Positions 27,433 to 41,236 of a stretch of 64,000 bases of DNA are shown here, in pieces (position 1 is the stretch's first letter; the number at the start of each line of letters is the position of its first letter). Under the pieces are notes generated by a model. That model was not told the DNA's origin, made no database searches, and saw only the letters and a program-made list of their open reading frames with translations. The stretch lies in NCBI RefSeq assembly GCF_009914755.1, contig NC_060928.1, one strand, 5' to 3'. The stretch is from the human T2T-CHM13v2.0 reference genome, Homo sapiens. A program made the translations under genes and the position numbers.

Positions 27433-27630
27433 TACCGGGGCCTGTTGTGGGGTGGGGGGAGTGGGGAGGGATAGCATTAGGAGATATACCTAATGTAAAT
27501 GACAAGTTAATGGGTGCAGCACACCAACATGGCACGTGTATACATATGTAACAAACCTGCATATTGTGTACATGTACCCTAGAAATTAAAGTATAATACA
27601 CAAATAAATAAAAAATAAATAAAAAGAAAG
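27433..27630 (+). mobile_element. 5'-truncated L1PA (about L1PA4-5) 3' end with the G-rich (G4-forming) 3'UTR tract
   Basis: ccggggcctgttgtggggtggggggagtggggagggatagcattaggagatatacctaatgtaaatgac...gtaccctagaa; A-rich tail. Confidence 0.92.
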
Positions 27631-30499
27631 AAATGATGAAAATAAAAATAAAAGCTCAAAATACTTATTTGAAAATATATTTAAAAAGCTATTCTTTTCT
27701 ATTGAGTATTAGAATATACCTTTTACTAGAGTATGTAAGGATTGGTTTGTGGCCTTTTATTAAATGTTGAAATTCCTAGTCACCTATCCATTAATTTATC
27801 TGAAGTGTATAGATACATATTATTCATATATTGAATGTTATATGTAGAGTGCAGAGTTGTGCATATATTTTCTGATCAAACATAAATAATCAAGGCCAAA
27901 GTTGTCATTCTTTCTTCACTGTTATTTAGTCATGTGTTTAGCGTTCACTATACTCTGACATTGTGAACAGTCTACACATTATTATGCATAGCACTGAACC
28001 TCAGCGCACCTGCTGCATGTTCATGGCTGAGAAATACCTTGAGTTTTTCCTGAGGGCTATAAGAACAGTTTTCCTTTTCTTTACACAAGAGTCAAACGGG
28101 ACCTCTTCCAGCAGTAACCACTATACAGACATATTGAGTAAATTTTAAAAAGTCTCAGAGCTCCCGCCAATTTAGGATGTTTTCTAGAGAGAACTAATTC
28201 CTGCCTGTCTTTATGTTTTTAATTATCCTCTTTTATGGTCTCTAGCAGGCGAAATTTCATTGTGTACTGTCTCCTTTAGACAACTTGTTCACTAAAAAAG
28301 GATTTGAATTTATAGTAATTCAATATACTCTCTACAGACCAATTCACCATTAATTCTTTGGATTGTTATAGCAATAATGATGTTCATGACAAACTATTTT
28401 TCTACTCTCTTTAACAATGTGGAAAGTAGAAGTGCAATTTTCATAGGCTTTCTTCTGAATTTGCCATTTTGCTAATGAAATTCTCATTTTAGTGTGAGTT
28501 GTATTTCTCAATAAATAACCAATAGACACTCTATATGTGCTCTAATAACCCTTGGTAGTTGCAAATATTTTGATTTTACAGAATATCTTCTCTAATACTG
28601 GGTTTTCTAATACAGAAAGTCACCTACAAGACTTTCCAGGGCTATAATAACCCTCCAGGTTTGGCTATTCTTGTCATCACAGTTTCCTGGAGATGGCAGC
28701 AAAGTACGCAGAAGCAAGGGCACCAACCGTAACACATAAACAAGTGGTGAGATTAATGGCGCTGTGCAGTTCTGAGGATGACTGACGAAATGCATCAGCC
28801 TCTTCTGCTCTCAAATGACAGGGCAGGTACATAGAGAGCTGATATATGTATTAATTTTATTTTTAATTATGTTGGGTAGGTTTCAACAAACCTTGAACAA
28901 ACTGCTTTTATTTTATTCCTCACCTGTGGTCAAGTCCAAGGCTTTCCTGTCTTTCTGTTTATCCATCGCTCTCTTTTCTTTTCTGGTAAAAGTATTGAGA
29001 GATCTCCAGAACAAAAATCTTTTGAAACCTTTATTTTATGGACCAATCTACAACATTTGTTATCCTTACTTCATTTTCATACAGCTATTTCTAATCTTGT
29101 AGCACACTGCATTTCAATCCCTCTGGGTTGTCAGATTTTCTGAATCTATAATGGGATGATTAACTGGCAAGGCAATGCACAGGCTAATAACAGATTGCAA
29201 AGGACATCATATTAGACATTGTAAAAGCCCTCTTTATTCCAAAGTATACATCCAATAATACCCCAGCAGACATGAGTAATGAGCATGGTATCCAGAATAA
29301 CAGGAACCCTATCGCTTTGGAATTCATGCAGAAATGTTATTAAAATGAAAAAGAGAGAACTTCTTTCTACTGAATTGCAACTGTTGGTTTCAATGCTAAA
29401 CTTGTTTGTCAAAATGCTGTTGCCTGGAATCAGTGGAAGCTTATATATGACTGAAATATTTCACAAGTTGGTTGGGTACTATAAGAAATCTTGTTTGGGA
29501 AGAAACTAAATGAAAGGCTTTTTAAATTTAAAGATCCAGTGTTTTTCAGCTAAAATGTACGACTATCTTTTAAGGCTATTATTGAAGTAAACTTTACTTT
29601 TAAGATGAGAGAAAAAGAACATTCTTGATCATGAGTAAAGATTCCTAACACTAGGTCTTGAACATAAAGTTAAAGAAAAAGAAGGATATTTGCTTTTTCA
29701 GACAACAGATAAATACGCTGCATTGATCAAATTGTTGGTTTTTGGTCAGATTGTTTGGTTAGTAAAATATATTTTGTTGCAAATGAGAACTTGCTTTTTA
29801 ACTGGAAATATACCAAAAGCATTATTCTGTATTTATATGCTATGTAAAGTTCTGAAGCACTCATTTGCATTCAAACATGTGATGGCTAAATACAAATCAT
29901 TTTCATCTAGCTACTTGAGGGAGAGAGCTTGGGATAAGATAAAGCAGCCCAAAAAGGAAGGCCTGGAGGTTTGGCTTCAAATCTGCGTGCCGTGTTTTCT
30001 GTGCAATCATCTAACCCAAAGACACTTTGTCATTGGGTAAGGGCTTGTCTACATGCCATCTGAACTTTCTGGGTCTTTGTTTCTTGATCGTGATACAATC
30101 AAGTAAACTGACAGACTTGAACAGACCTTGAATAGTCCTAATGGAAGGCATACTGAAGGATGTACATAGTCACAGTATAAAGGATAGGCTATTAAAAAAT
30201 CATTAACTAATACTAGTATCTTCTTTCCCCATTCTTATATTCTTATCCTATGGAAAAAAGTCTCAAAGAATTTTGAAGGGCCCCAATTTCCCTTCTCCCA
30301 AGCTAGAATTTTTTTCTTTGCTTCAGAATCTTTGACAGGGAGGCAGGTAGAAGAGAGTTTATAATGGGGAGGCAAAAGTGGCCAAGTTTTGGGGTAACAG
30401 GGGTGGAAAATGTTGAAAGTCCCTGAGATTAAGAACACGGCAGAGGATTTGTGACTCTACTTGTGTTCCAGGCCCTGCTACAGATTCTTGCAATAATAA

Positions 30500-30725
30500 T
30501 GGTGAGGATGAGAGTGATTCTTTATTGCACAGGTGCCAAATCTGCATTTTGGGTGTTTCATGAGTATTAACACATTTAATGCTCACAACAGTCCTCTGTG
30601 GTAGATTCTGGTACTGCTATATCATAATAATTTTACAGAGAAGAGGCCACAGACAAGTTAAATAACTTATGTAAAAAAATGAGTGAGCCTCAATATGGTG
30701 GTCTGGGCCTGTGCCCTTAATAACT
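30500..30725 (-). mobile_element. MIR
   Basis: tattaacacatttaatgctcacaacagtcct...attttacagagaaga...gttaaataactt. Confidence 0.7.
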
Positions 30726-30969
30726 GGAAACACTGTGGCCTAAAGACCACATGTGTCTCTCTGTGGACAAGTTTGAGGCCTCTGATGGCTGGAGGACCAG
30801 TTCTTGATGGCAGCATGAAGGAGAAGAAACAAACTGCAATGTTTAGAATCACCATGGACTAAGGGACTTGGTCCCTTCATGGTTTTCTGGAATAATGTAA
30901 ACCTGTGATTCTAGTATTCAATGACTGAGATTGGATTACTGGCCAGCCAGCCAGGGGGGAGCCTGAGCC

Positions 30970-32665
30970 GAATATGTCCCAACCGTATATCCAGCTGTCT
31001 TCTTGACATCTTTAGTTGGTTGCCTAATAGGCATTTCAAGCTAAACATGTCCCAAATTGGACTTGATTTTTCCCTCAAATCAGTTCCTGTTATAGTCTTT
31101 TCCACTTCAGTTATGGCAACTCCATTTTCCCCCTTGTTTAGCCCAGAACCTCAACTCCTCTCTTTCTCTCACACTCCATATCTGAATTATCAGCAAATTC
31201 TCCTGACTCTCCTCTGTCAGAAATTGACCATTCCTCCTAATCCCCATGGACACCAACCTGGTCCAAGTCACGTCATTTCCGAATTATTCCAATACCCTTT
31301 GGACTGGCCCCCCCTTCTGCACTTACCTTCCTTTAGGCTATTCTCAGTGTAGCAGCCAGACTGCTCTGTTAAGCACAGGTAGACTATGTCACCCTTCTGT
31401 TCAGAATACTTCAGTGCCTTCCCATTTCAATCAGAGGAAAAGCCAACGTCTTAACCGTGACCTACAAACCCTATGGCAACTGGCTCTTCATTTTCCCTGA
31501 TTTTATTATTACTACTCTCATCCATTTTTTGTTTCAGTTCCCACTACACCAGTCCTTTTATTTCTGCTTGCAATCCCAGGGCTTTGGAACTTGCTGTCCC
31601 TTCAGTATGGAATGCTCCTCTTCCAGTTATTTGCATGGCTAATTAATCTTCCTTCCTTCCCATCTTAACTAAAAGTCATCTTTGCAGTTGAGACCTTCCC
31701 TGGCCACCCTGTCCAGAATTTAATCTCACACCTCCAATAATTTACATCCCCTTTCCTGCTTTGTGTTTCTTCTTGGAGCACAACCCAATCATATATATGA
31801 TCTATCTATCTATCTCTATATCATATATATGATCTATCTCTATATCATATATATGATCTATCTCTATATCATACATATGATCTATCTCTATATCATACAT
31901 ATGATCTATCTATCTCTATATCATACATATGATCTATCTATCTCTATATCATACATATGATCTATCTCTATATCATACATATGATCTATCTATCTCTATA
32001 TCATACATATGATCTATCTATCTCTATATATCATATATATGATATATCTATCTATATATCATATCTATCTATATATCATATATATGATATATCTATCTAT
32101 CTATATCATATATAATGATATATCTATCTATATCATATATAATGATATATCTATCTATATCTATATATGATATATCTATCTATAGATATATAGATATATC
32201 TATCTACATAGATATATCTATCTATAGATATATAGATATATCTATCTACATAGATATATCTATCTACATAGATATATAGATATATCTATCTACATAGATA
32301 TATCTATCTACATAGATATATAGATATATCTATCTACATAGATATATAGATATATCTATCTACATAGATATATAGATATATCTATCTACATAGATATATA
32401 GATATATCTATCTACATAGATATATCTATCTATAGATATATAGATATATCTATCTACATAGATATATCTATATATGATATATATCTACATAGATTTATAT
32501 CATATATATGTGTATATACACATTTTGTTTACTTGTGTGTGTTGTCCATATTTCTCACCAGAATATTAGCCCTTCATGAGAGCAACGATTTTCTTTTTAA
32601 TCATGCTTTATCTTTAGCACAGTGCCTGGCACACAGTAGGTGCTCAATAAATGCTTTCTGAATAA
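30970..32665 (+). mobile_element. L2a 3' portion, split by a large tandem repeat
   Basis: ctaataggcatttcaagctaaacatgtccc, cagggctttggaacttgctgtccc, gagaccttccctggccaccct; tail gcacagtgcctggcacacagtaggtgctcaataaatg. Confidence 0.9.
31788..32520. repeat. Two-domain AT-rich VNTR with palindromic units
   Basis: Left domain has 24/28-bp units atcata(c/t)atatgatctat(ctat)ctctat; right domain has 18/26-bp units (agatatat)agatatatctatctacat. Confidence 0.95.
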
Positions 32666-33404
32666 ATTTAGAGAAATAAAAGAATGCGATATAATTGGCA
32701 TCTTAGGGATGTGTACAAAATTCATACTCACTGCAAGACTGTTTGGATTATAATGGTTCTTAGTTAAATTTTTATCTAACTTTACCAGCAGGCTGATAAA
32801 TGAATGAATCAGCAGTATAGCTTGACAATTAAATTTCCAAGGTGTTAAAAATATGTGACGTAAAAATAAAGATGATTTATCACTTGATCTTGTCAGATTG
32901 GCTTAAAACAGAGAAGATACACAGGGCACTCTCTATGTATTATTATTATTTTCCCCTTCCTTTTAATTAATTAAAATTTATCTGGACTAGTATCCAGTTA
33001 GTTGATGACCCCTTTGATTCCTCATTATTTGTCAGTTACTTTGTCATCCAGGATGATGTATTTAATTCCACATGGTTATTGTGTAGATTGGACCAATGGC
33101 TAAGGGGCTGCAGGTTGGTGTGGATCTGTCAAGAAACATTATGCTCCTGCTCAGGAACCCTTTTCCTGTTGTGGAACTCTGTCTCCTTATTTCATACCTG
33201 ACATATATACGAATGCCTTTTAGGGTATAAAAGGATACACTAAGACACAAAAATATGTAAGATAACAGCGGATGCCCCCAAGCAGCCTGTATTTCTGGCT
33301 TTACTTTGCTTAGCTTATTATTAACTCTGCATTAAATGAGAAAAAGGGAAAGTTTAAGATTGACCCAAACCTTTCCTGGAGAGAAGTGGGAGATTGTAAA
33401 CAAT

Positions 33405-33557
33405 GAAAAGTACTCTAGAAAGAATGCCTCTAGAAGGAACGTGGCCCTACTGACCTACTTTAGACTTCTGACCCCTGGAACTGTAAGCTATTAAACTTCT
33501 AATGTTTTAAGCCAGTAAATTTATGGTTGTTAAAAACAACAATACGAAATTAATACA
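33405..33557 (+). mobile_element. MLT1 LTR 3' fragment
   Basis: gcctctagaaggaacgtggccctactgac...ttagacttctgacccctggaactgtaag...tgttttaagcca...aaattaataca. Confidence 0.8.
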
Positions 33558-35919
33558 GGCCCTGAAAGTAGATCTTAAGATTTGCTGTGATTGAGTCAAG
33601 ATAATTTCCTCAACTTTATCTTTTCCTTCCATATGATTTTCACAACAAGAATGTAAATACTATACCCCTTCTAATTAGTGATGCCAAGTGGCTGTGATAC
33701 CAATAATTATCTGAATTTACAAAGTACATTTTGCATATATCAGATATATGTTTTGAATGACTTTATAGTCTTTGTTGAATGGTTATCTATTTAACTTCTG
33801 TCCAGCAGGCTGATAAATAAATAAATAAATAGTATAGCCAGCCAATTAAGTTACCAAGACATTTAAAATATATGAAGTAAAAGAGATAGAGAGGGAGAAA
33901 GAGAAAGAGAGAGAGAGAGATTCCAGAAGTCTTGCAATTTTCAGTAAGTTTAAAACACCAGTTTTTTAAGCCTCATTCTTGTGATAAAGAGTGTAACAAA
34001 ATCAGGAAAAATGATACTGTTTGAATCTGTTTTTGAGTTAGAGACTAGAAGAAGAATGGACAAACAGTATGAAACCTTTGTACTATTTTTACAAGTCATT
34101 CTCATTAAAGCCTGAAGACTGTAAAGCTATTGGGCTCCTTCTAGGATAATGTCCCCCCTACTGTTATATTTCTTCCAATGAAACCCATCTGTGAGCTTTT
34201 GCAGGATGTTCATGACATGCATTTAAATTGCCTGTTGTGTTCCAGAAACCTCTTCTTCCTGCAAACAAGTGGTGACCTCTCTGCTCTATGTTCATTCAAG
34301 GGACAGACACTGTACATCATCCCAGGCAGGCAGCCAAATGATGGCCACATCCTGTTCAATGCAAAAATACACATTTTCATTAAACCAAGATAATTAGAAA
34401 AAGTAGCATAGAGGAATATGAGTAATTCCATCAGTAATTACAGCAATTATGCCCTTAATTGCCATGCCACCTCCAGTGTCACATTATATATATGTACTGG
34501 CATTTTACAGAGAAAACACTCATATGTTTTATATTAAAGATATACCTGGTTATATCAGGGATCTGTAGTGGTTAAAAGATAATTGCGGTAGTGTTTTTTC
34601 ATCCTTGCAATGATCAAAGCAAAATATACTGTATTTTCTTAATCACAGTTGTTACTGTGTGCTTTTTCAAGACATGAATTTCCATGTATTTTAGAAACAC
34701 AGAAATAAAAACTAGTACACTAAAAACCATCATTTCATACTGTTTTTTTCCCAACTTGGTAAAAAACAGTCTGTCAAATTTCCCAATAAAGATAAAAAAT
34801 GCCTGTCCCAGATGTTTCTTCAATTCTGTTCCTGTAGTATATGCTTATAGTTAGCCTATTAAAATTTAATATTTACCTCTGGATATGATTTTCTAGCTTC
34901 TCATTTCTCTGTTAGTATATATGTATATATGAAAATTATTATGTTCACCCAGTATTCTTGAAATGGGAAAGCTGAGAAAGGCTGCATTGCTTCCATCTGC
35001 CTACCGAGCTGATCTCTCTTCCTCAGCCTGCAGCCTAGCATAGAGGGTAAGGAAAAGGCTTGAAGTTCATCTGTCTTCCTGTTCAGCTATTAAGAGTCAC
35101 TTTGGACTTGGCCCCTTTGCTGCCAAGCTTCCTGGTGAATATCAGCCCTCAGAGATGTAATACAGCTCATCCCAGCAAGGAAGGAGGTAGAGCTGAGCTG
35201 GATGGGGGAAGATGACCTGTTTTGCATCCCCACCTAAGGCAGATTTTCGTAGCATTTGCTTTTTTGATTCAAATGTTGTATTTGATTGGGATTATTTGAT
35301 AGTTTCATAATAAAAGACAACCTCATGTTCTTATTTGTTCCCATCTACCTATCTTCACCGCACTGAGTGGTCTCAAGATGCTTTGATGGCTGCAAGGCCA
35401 GGGAGAGAGTCATGGCAGCAGTATGCCAAAACTGCAAGCCGCAACATGGGGAGAATATGCTTTTCACTCTTCCCTTAATCTGGGATTTCACTTTATGCAG
35501 TAGCCATCCATAGAACAAGTTATGTAAATTCACAAATGTCTAGGTTATTTCCTTTAAAGCCTAAGACCATGTCAGTCTGACCTACGATGTGTCCGTGGTA
35601 CCCAAGTAGTTCTGTCAGAGAGAATTAAATCACGATGTACAACTTGAGACCGTCTGTTGAGGAAGCCTTCTTTATCCAATGCACAAACCCCTTTCAGGCA
35701 CCTTCTTAGGCCTTTTCTTAAGGTAGCTATAGCTGAAACATGGGTAACTGTCTCTGATTACTCTCTACTCACTTTGCTTGTGGCTTTTCTCGTTATGACA
35801 TTCTTACAGCTAACTTCCAACTGTGTTCTTGGGAAGTATTATATCATCTTTGAGTTTGCAGGAATATGAATATCCTGCCGATTCCTTTTCTTATTTTGTC
35901 TGTTCCCCAATGTCTTTCT

Positions 35920-36120
35920 GATTTCTACCACTTACTTGCTGTGTATCTCTACCAAATGACTAAAACTCTCTGCCTTAGTTTCCTCATCTATAAAAATGAG
36001 AATAATCAGACCTGCTTAATAGGCCCATTGTGAGGCATTAATGATTAAAATTCATAAAGTGCTTGGAAAATGTCTGATATATAGTTAGTGCTCAATGAAT
36101 TTTAGCTATCATTATCATCA
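35920..36120 (+). mobile_element. MIR
   Basis: ctctgccttagtttcctcatctataaaaatgagaataat...aaagtgcttggaaaatgtctgatatatagttagtgctcaat. Confidence 0.85.
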
Positions 36121-36284
36121 AGACTAATGTTACCTTGAATTCACTAACCTAAGACATTCTATTTCTCTTAAATCCTTCATCTTTTAGATACAATATATCT
36201 TTTTCCCATCAACATTTCTCATCAATTCAAGCATAGGTATTGAAGCCTTCCAAAGCCCAAACAAGTACTTTTCAGATGATCCAT

Positions 36285-36865
36285 GTTGTTTAAGAGCCTG
36301 GCTTCTACTGTTAGATGGTCAGGTATAGGTTTTTACCTATTAGTTCTGTGACCCTGAGTGAATTATTTACTCTCTCCAGGACTCAGTTTCTTCATCTGTA
36401 AAGTGGGGTGATGATAATAAAATGTACCCTCATAGGTTACCCCGATGATAAAATGAGAAAAATTCATTAACTGTGCTCATTCAAAAAGGTTGCTAGTGGC
36501 CAGGTGTGGTGGCTCATGCCTGTAATCCTAGTACTTTGGGAGGCTGAGGTGGAAGGATTGCTTGAGGCTAGGAGTTCAAGACCAGCCTAAGCAACATGCT
36601 GAGACCCTGTCTTTACAAAAAAATTAAAAAAAATAAATTAGCTGGCTACAGTGGCATGCTCCTTTAGTCCTAGCTACTCGGGATGCCGAGGTGGGAAGAT
36701 TTCTTGAGACCAGGAGTTTGAGATTGCAGTGAGCCATGATCATGCTACTGCACTCTAGCCTGGGTGACAGAGCGAGACCCTGTCTCTTAAAACACACACA
36801 CACACCACCACCAAGTTTCCTAGCACATAGCAAGTGTTCAGTGAGTACTTAAGTAGATTATTAGT
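36285..36865 (+). mobile_element. MIR interrupted by an AluJ
   Basis: ctgtgaccctgagtgaattattt...ctcagtttcttcatctgtaaagtgggg; resumes after the Alu as cctagcacatagcaagtgttca. Confidence 0.8.
36498..36812 (+). mobile_element. AluJ with tail decayed to (CA)n/(CAC)n
   Basis: ggattgcttgaggctaggagttc, gagccatgatcatg; TSD aaggttgctag/aagtttcctag. Confidence 0.93.
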
Positions 36866-36949
36866 TTGCAATTAGATGATACTTTATGTTTTGAGGTATG
36901 GACAATATAGAATTAATATTCAGTATTTTCCATGTGATTATTTTTCTTT

Positions 36950-38505
36950 CATTTTTCTCTTTTTTTTTGGGATAAGAATTACAAATCCTAAAGCTGCAGG
37001 TGAATGATTTAGACAAATGTGACCAACAGTTGTTCATATGACCAACTACCCAAATAAGATACACAACATCTCCACCAGCTCAGAAAGCTCTATAGAGGCC
37101 CTTTCCAATTAATCTCTACCCCTTGATAGGCAAACACTCCTCTGGTTTCTAGTACTGTAGATTAGAACATTTTGAATGTTCTTTAACTTTGTTTGTATGA
37201 TGTAATAATTGATTATATATTTTTGTATCTATGTCCAAGCATAATGTTTTTGATGTTCATTTGTGTTGTTGCACATGTCAGTATTTTGTTTTAAAAGATT
37301 ACTGATTTGTATTCCATTATATGATATACAACATTTTGCTTATCCATTTTTTCCTGTTGATAGCTTATGTGATGTTTTTCACTTTTGGCTATCATTAATA
37401 TAGCTGCTGTGAACATGTTTGTATAAGTCTTTGTGTGGACACAAAGAAATGTTTTCATTTCTTTTTGTTAAATACCTAGTAATGGAATTGTTAGGCCATA
37501 GGTTAAGTATATGTTTAATTTAAGACACTGCCAAACAGTTTTCCAATGTGGTTGTACCATTCTACATTTCTGCTATGAGTTCATGAAAACCTTTTAAAAT
37601 GTTAACATTGCAGTGAGTGTGAAGTGGTACTTTATTCTGATTTTTGCAGTTCTCTTATGACTAATGATGTTGAAGATCCTTTTTTTTTGTGCTTATTGGC
37701 CACTCTATCTTCCTGGCAAAGTGTGTATTCAAAACTTTCCCATTTTAAAAATGGGTTGTCTTCTTATTATTGAGCTCTTTACATATTTGGGATATAAGTC
37801 CTTTGTCAGATAAGATCATTGCAAAATTGTTACCCAGTCTGTGGCTTGTTTTTTCATTTTCCCAAGGGAATCTCTTGATAACTTTTAAATTTTGATGAAG
37901 TTATTACTTTATGGTTAGTACTTTTTTTGTCACCTAAGAAATCTTTTCTTACTTCAACTAATATAAATATTCTATTTTTTATTCTAAAATATTTAGGCTT
38001 TTAGTTTTAAGTTCAGGTCTGTATAATTTATTTCAAAATAATTTTATGCATAGTGTGATGAAGGAGTCAGGATTCTTTTTCTCTTTTAAATACATTTATA
38101 CAGCTATTCCAGTGCTGCTTATTGAAAGGACTTTCCTTTCTCAATTGTTTTGTCTTAGGTTTTTGTCTAAAATGTACTGATGCTACATATGTGGGTCTAT
38201 TTCTGAATACTTCCATTCTGTTCCATTCACCTATTTGTTCATCATTATTTTAATACTACAATGTCTTGATTTTTGAACTCTTGTAAATGGCATTGATTTT
38301 TAAATTGCTCTTTTCAATTGTCTGGTGCTAGTATACAGAAAAACAGTTGACTTTTTGTATTTTGACCTCATATCCTTACCTTGCTAAATTTATTTATTAG
38401 TTCTAGAAGTTTTCTTTAGATTCTTTTTGATTTTTTACACTGATAATTATTTAATTTGCAAATAAATATCAGTTTTATTTCTCTATTTCTAATCTTGATG
38501 CCTTT
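36950..38505 (-). mobile_element. L1ME-type 3'UTR plus ORF2, antisense
   Basis: actacccaaataagatacacaacatctcca, aaatacctagtaatggaattg, ctgccaaacagttttccaatgtggttgtaccatt, ccttgctaaatttatttattagttcta. Confidence 0.85.
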
Positions 38506-39291
38506 CCCTTTGCTATCCCTGATGAACATAGATGCAAAAATTCCCAACAAGATATTAGCAAACTGAATTCAACAGCACATTAAAAAGATCATTCACTCTA
38601 ATCAGGTAATATTCATCCTGTGGGTGCAAGGATAGTCTAAAATGCAAATCAATAAATGTGATATACCACATTAACAGAAAGACAAAAACTATGTGATAAT
38701 TTTAATAGATGCAGAAAAAGCATTTGACAAAATCCAACATCTCTTCATGATAAAAACTCTCAACAAATGTGTTGTAGGTATGTATCTCAACACAATAAAG
38801 GCTATATATGACAGACCTACAGCTAACATCATACTGAGTGAGGAAAAGTTGAAAATTTGTCCTGTAAGACCACCTCACTTTCACCACTTTATTCAACATA
38901 GTACTTGAAGTCCTAGCTAGAGCAATTAGGCAAAATAAAGAAACAAAAAGCTTCCAGATTGGAAGTCAGATTGTCCTTGTTTGCAGATGACAGGAACTTA
39001 TATATAGAAAACCCTAGATTCCACCAAAAAACTGTTAGAACTAGTAAGTTCAGTAAAGTTGCAGGATACAAAATCAACATACAAAAATCAGTAGCATTTC
39101 AATATGTTAATAGTGAAGTATCTGAAAAACATTAAGAAAAAAATTCCATTTACAGTGATTACAAAAAAAGAAGAAACCCAGGAAAAAAGGAGGTAAAAAA
39201 ATTGCTGCAAGGAAAACTGTGAAAGAAATTTAAAAGGATACACATAAAGGAAAAGATATTCCATGCTACCCAAAGCAATGTATAGATTTAA

Positions 39292-39627
<336 letters not shown>

Positions 39628-40854
39628 TGGCATTCTTTAGAGAAATAGAAAAAACAGTCCTAAAATTTATATGGAACCCCAAAGACCCCAAATAGTCAAA
39701 GCAATCCTGAGCAAAAAGAACAAAACTGGAGTCATTACACTAGCTGATTTCGAAATATACTACAAAGCTATAGTAATAAAAATAGTATAGTACTGGCATA
39801 GAAACAGATACATAGACCAATGAAACAGAATAGAGAGCCCAGAAATAAATCCAAGCACTGACACCCAACTAATTTTTGACAAAGGGACCAAGAACAGGCA
39901 TTGGGGAAGAGACAGTCTCTTCAATATATGGTACTGGGAAAGTTGGATAGCCACATGCAGAAAAATGAGACTAGACCCTCTACTTCTCACCATATACCAA
40001 AATTACCTCAAAATCAATTAAAGACTTAAACATAAAACCCAAACCCATAAAACTATTAGAAGAAAACGTAGGGGAAATGCTTCACGTCATTGGTCTGGGC
40101 AAGAATTTTTAAAAATGAGCCTTCAAAAGCACAGGCAATAAAAGCAAAAATAGACAAATAGGATTACATCAAACTAAAAGAGCTTTTGCACAACAAAGAA
40201 AACTATTAATACAGTGAGAGGCAGCCTACAGAATAGAAGACAATGTTTGTAAACTACACTTTTGACAAGGTGTCAAGATCCAGAATATATAAGAAACTTA
40301 AGCAACACAATGGTAAAAAGCAATAAACAACCCAATTTAAAAATGGCAAAATACCTTAATAGATATTTCTCAAAAGAAGACATGCAAATGGCCAATAGAC
40401 ATGTAAAAAATGCTAACATTGTTAATCATCAGAGAAATGCAAATCAAAACTACACTGAGATACCACCTCACCCCAGTTAGAATAGCTTTTATCAAAAAGA
40501 CAAAATAAAACAAGTGTTGGAAGGGATGTGGAGAAAAGGGAATATTTATAAATTGATGGTGGGATTGTAAACTAGTACAGCCATCATGGAAAAACAGTCT
40601 GGAGATTCCTCAAAATATTAAAAACAGAAATAGGATCCAGCAATCCTATTTGGTATATATTCAAAAGAAATGTTTATTGCAACACTATTTACAGTAGCCA
40701 AGATATAGAATGAATCTAAGTGTCCATCTGTGGATGAATGGATAAAGAAAGTGTGGTATATATACACAATGGCATACTATTCAGGCATAAAAAAAATAAA
40801 ATCCTGTAATTTTTGACAACATGGATGCACCTGGAGGACATCATATTGAGTGAA

Positions 40855-41236
40855 TGAATTAGCCCATTCTCAAACTGCTGTGAAGAAATACCCAAGACTG
40901 GGTAATTTATAAAGGAAAGAGGTTTAATTGACTCACAGTTCTGCATTGCTGGGGAGGCCTCAGGAAACTTACAATTATGGTGGAAGGCAAAGGAGAAGCA
41001 GGCACCCTCTTCACAGGGCAGCAGGATGGAGTGAGTGCAAGCAGGGGAAATGCCAGACACTTATAAAACCATCGGATCTCGTGCGACTCACTGTCATGAG
41101 AACAGCATGGGGAAAACCGACCCCATGATCCACTTATCTCTACCTTGTCCCAAGCTTGACACATGAGGATTATGGGGATTATGGAGATTACAATTCAAGA
41201 TGAAATTTTGGATGGGGACATAGCCCAATCATATCA
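40855..41236 (-). mobile_element. THE1 (THE1C-like) solo LTR in the L1MA 3'UTR
   Basis: gactgggtaatttataaaggaaagaggtttaattgactcacagtt...catatca; perfect 5-bp TSD gtgaa at 40850-40854 and 41237-41241. Confidence 0.93.

Noticed and set aside
31763-32520. CRISPR-like array or repetitive protein (IYLYII repeats)
   Set aside because: No unique spacers and eukaryotic context; the ORF is just a translation of the VNTR
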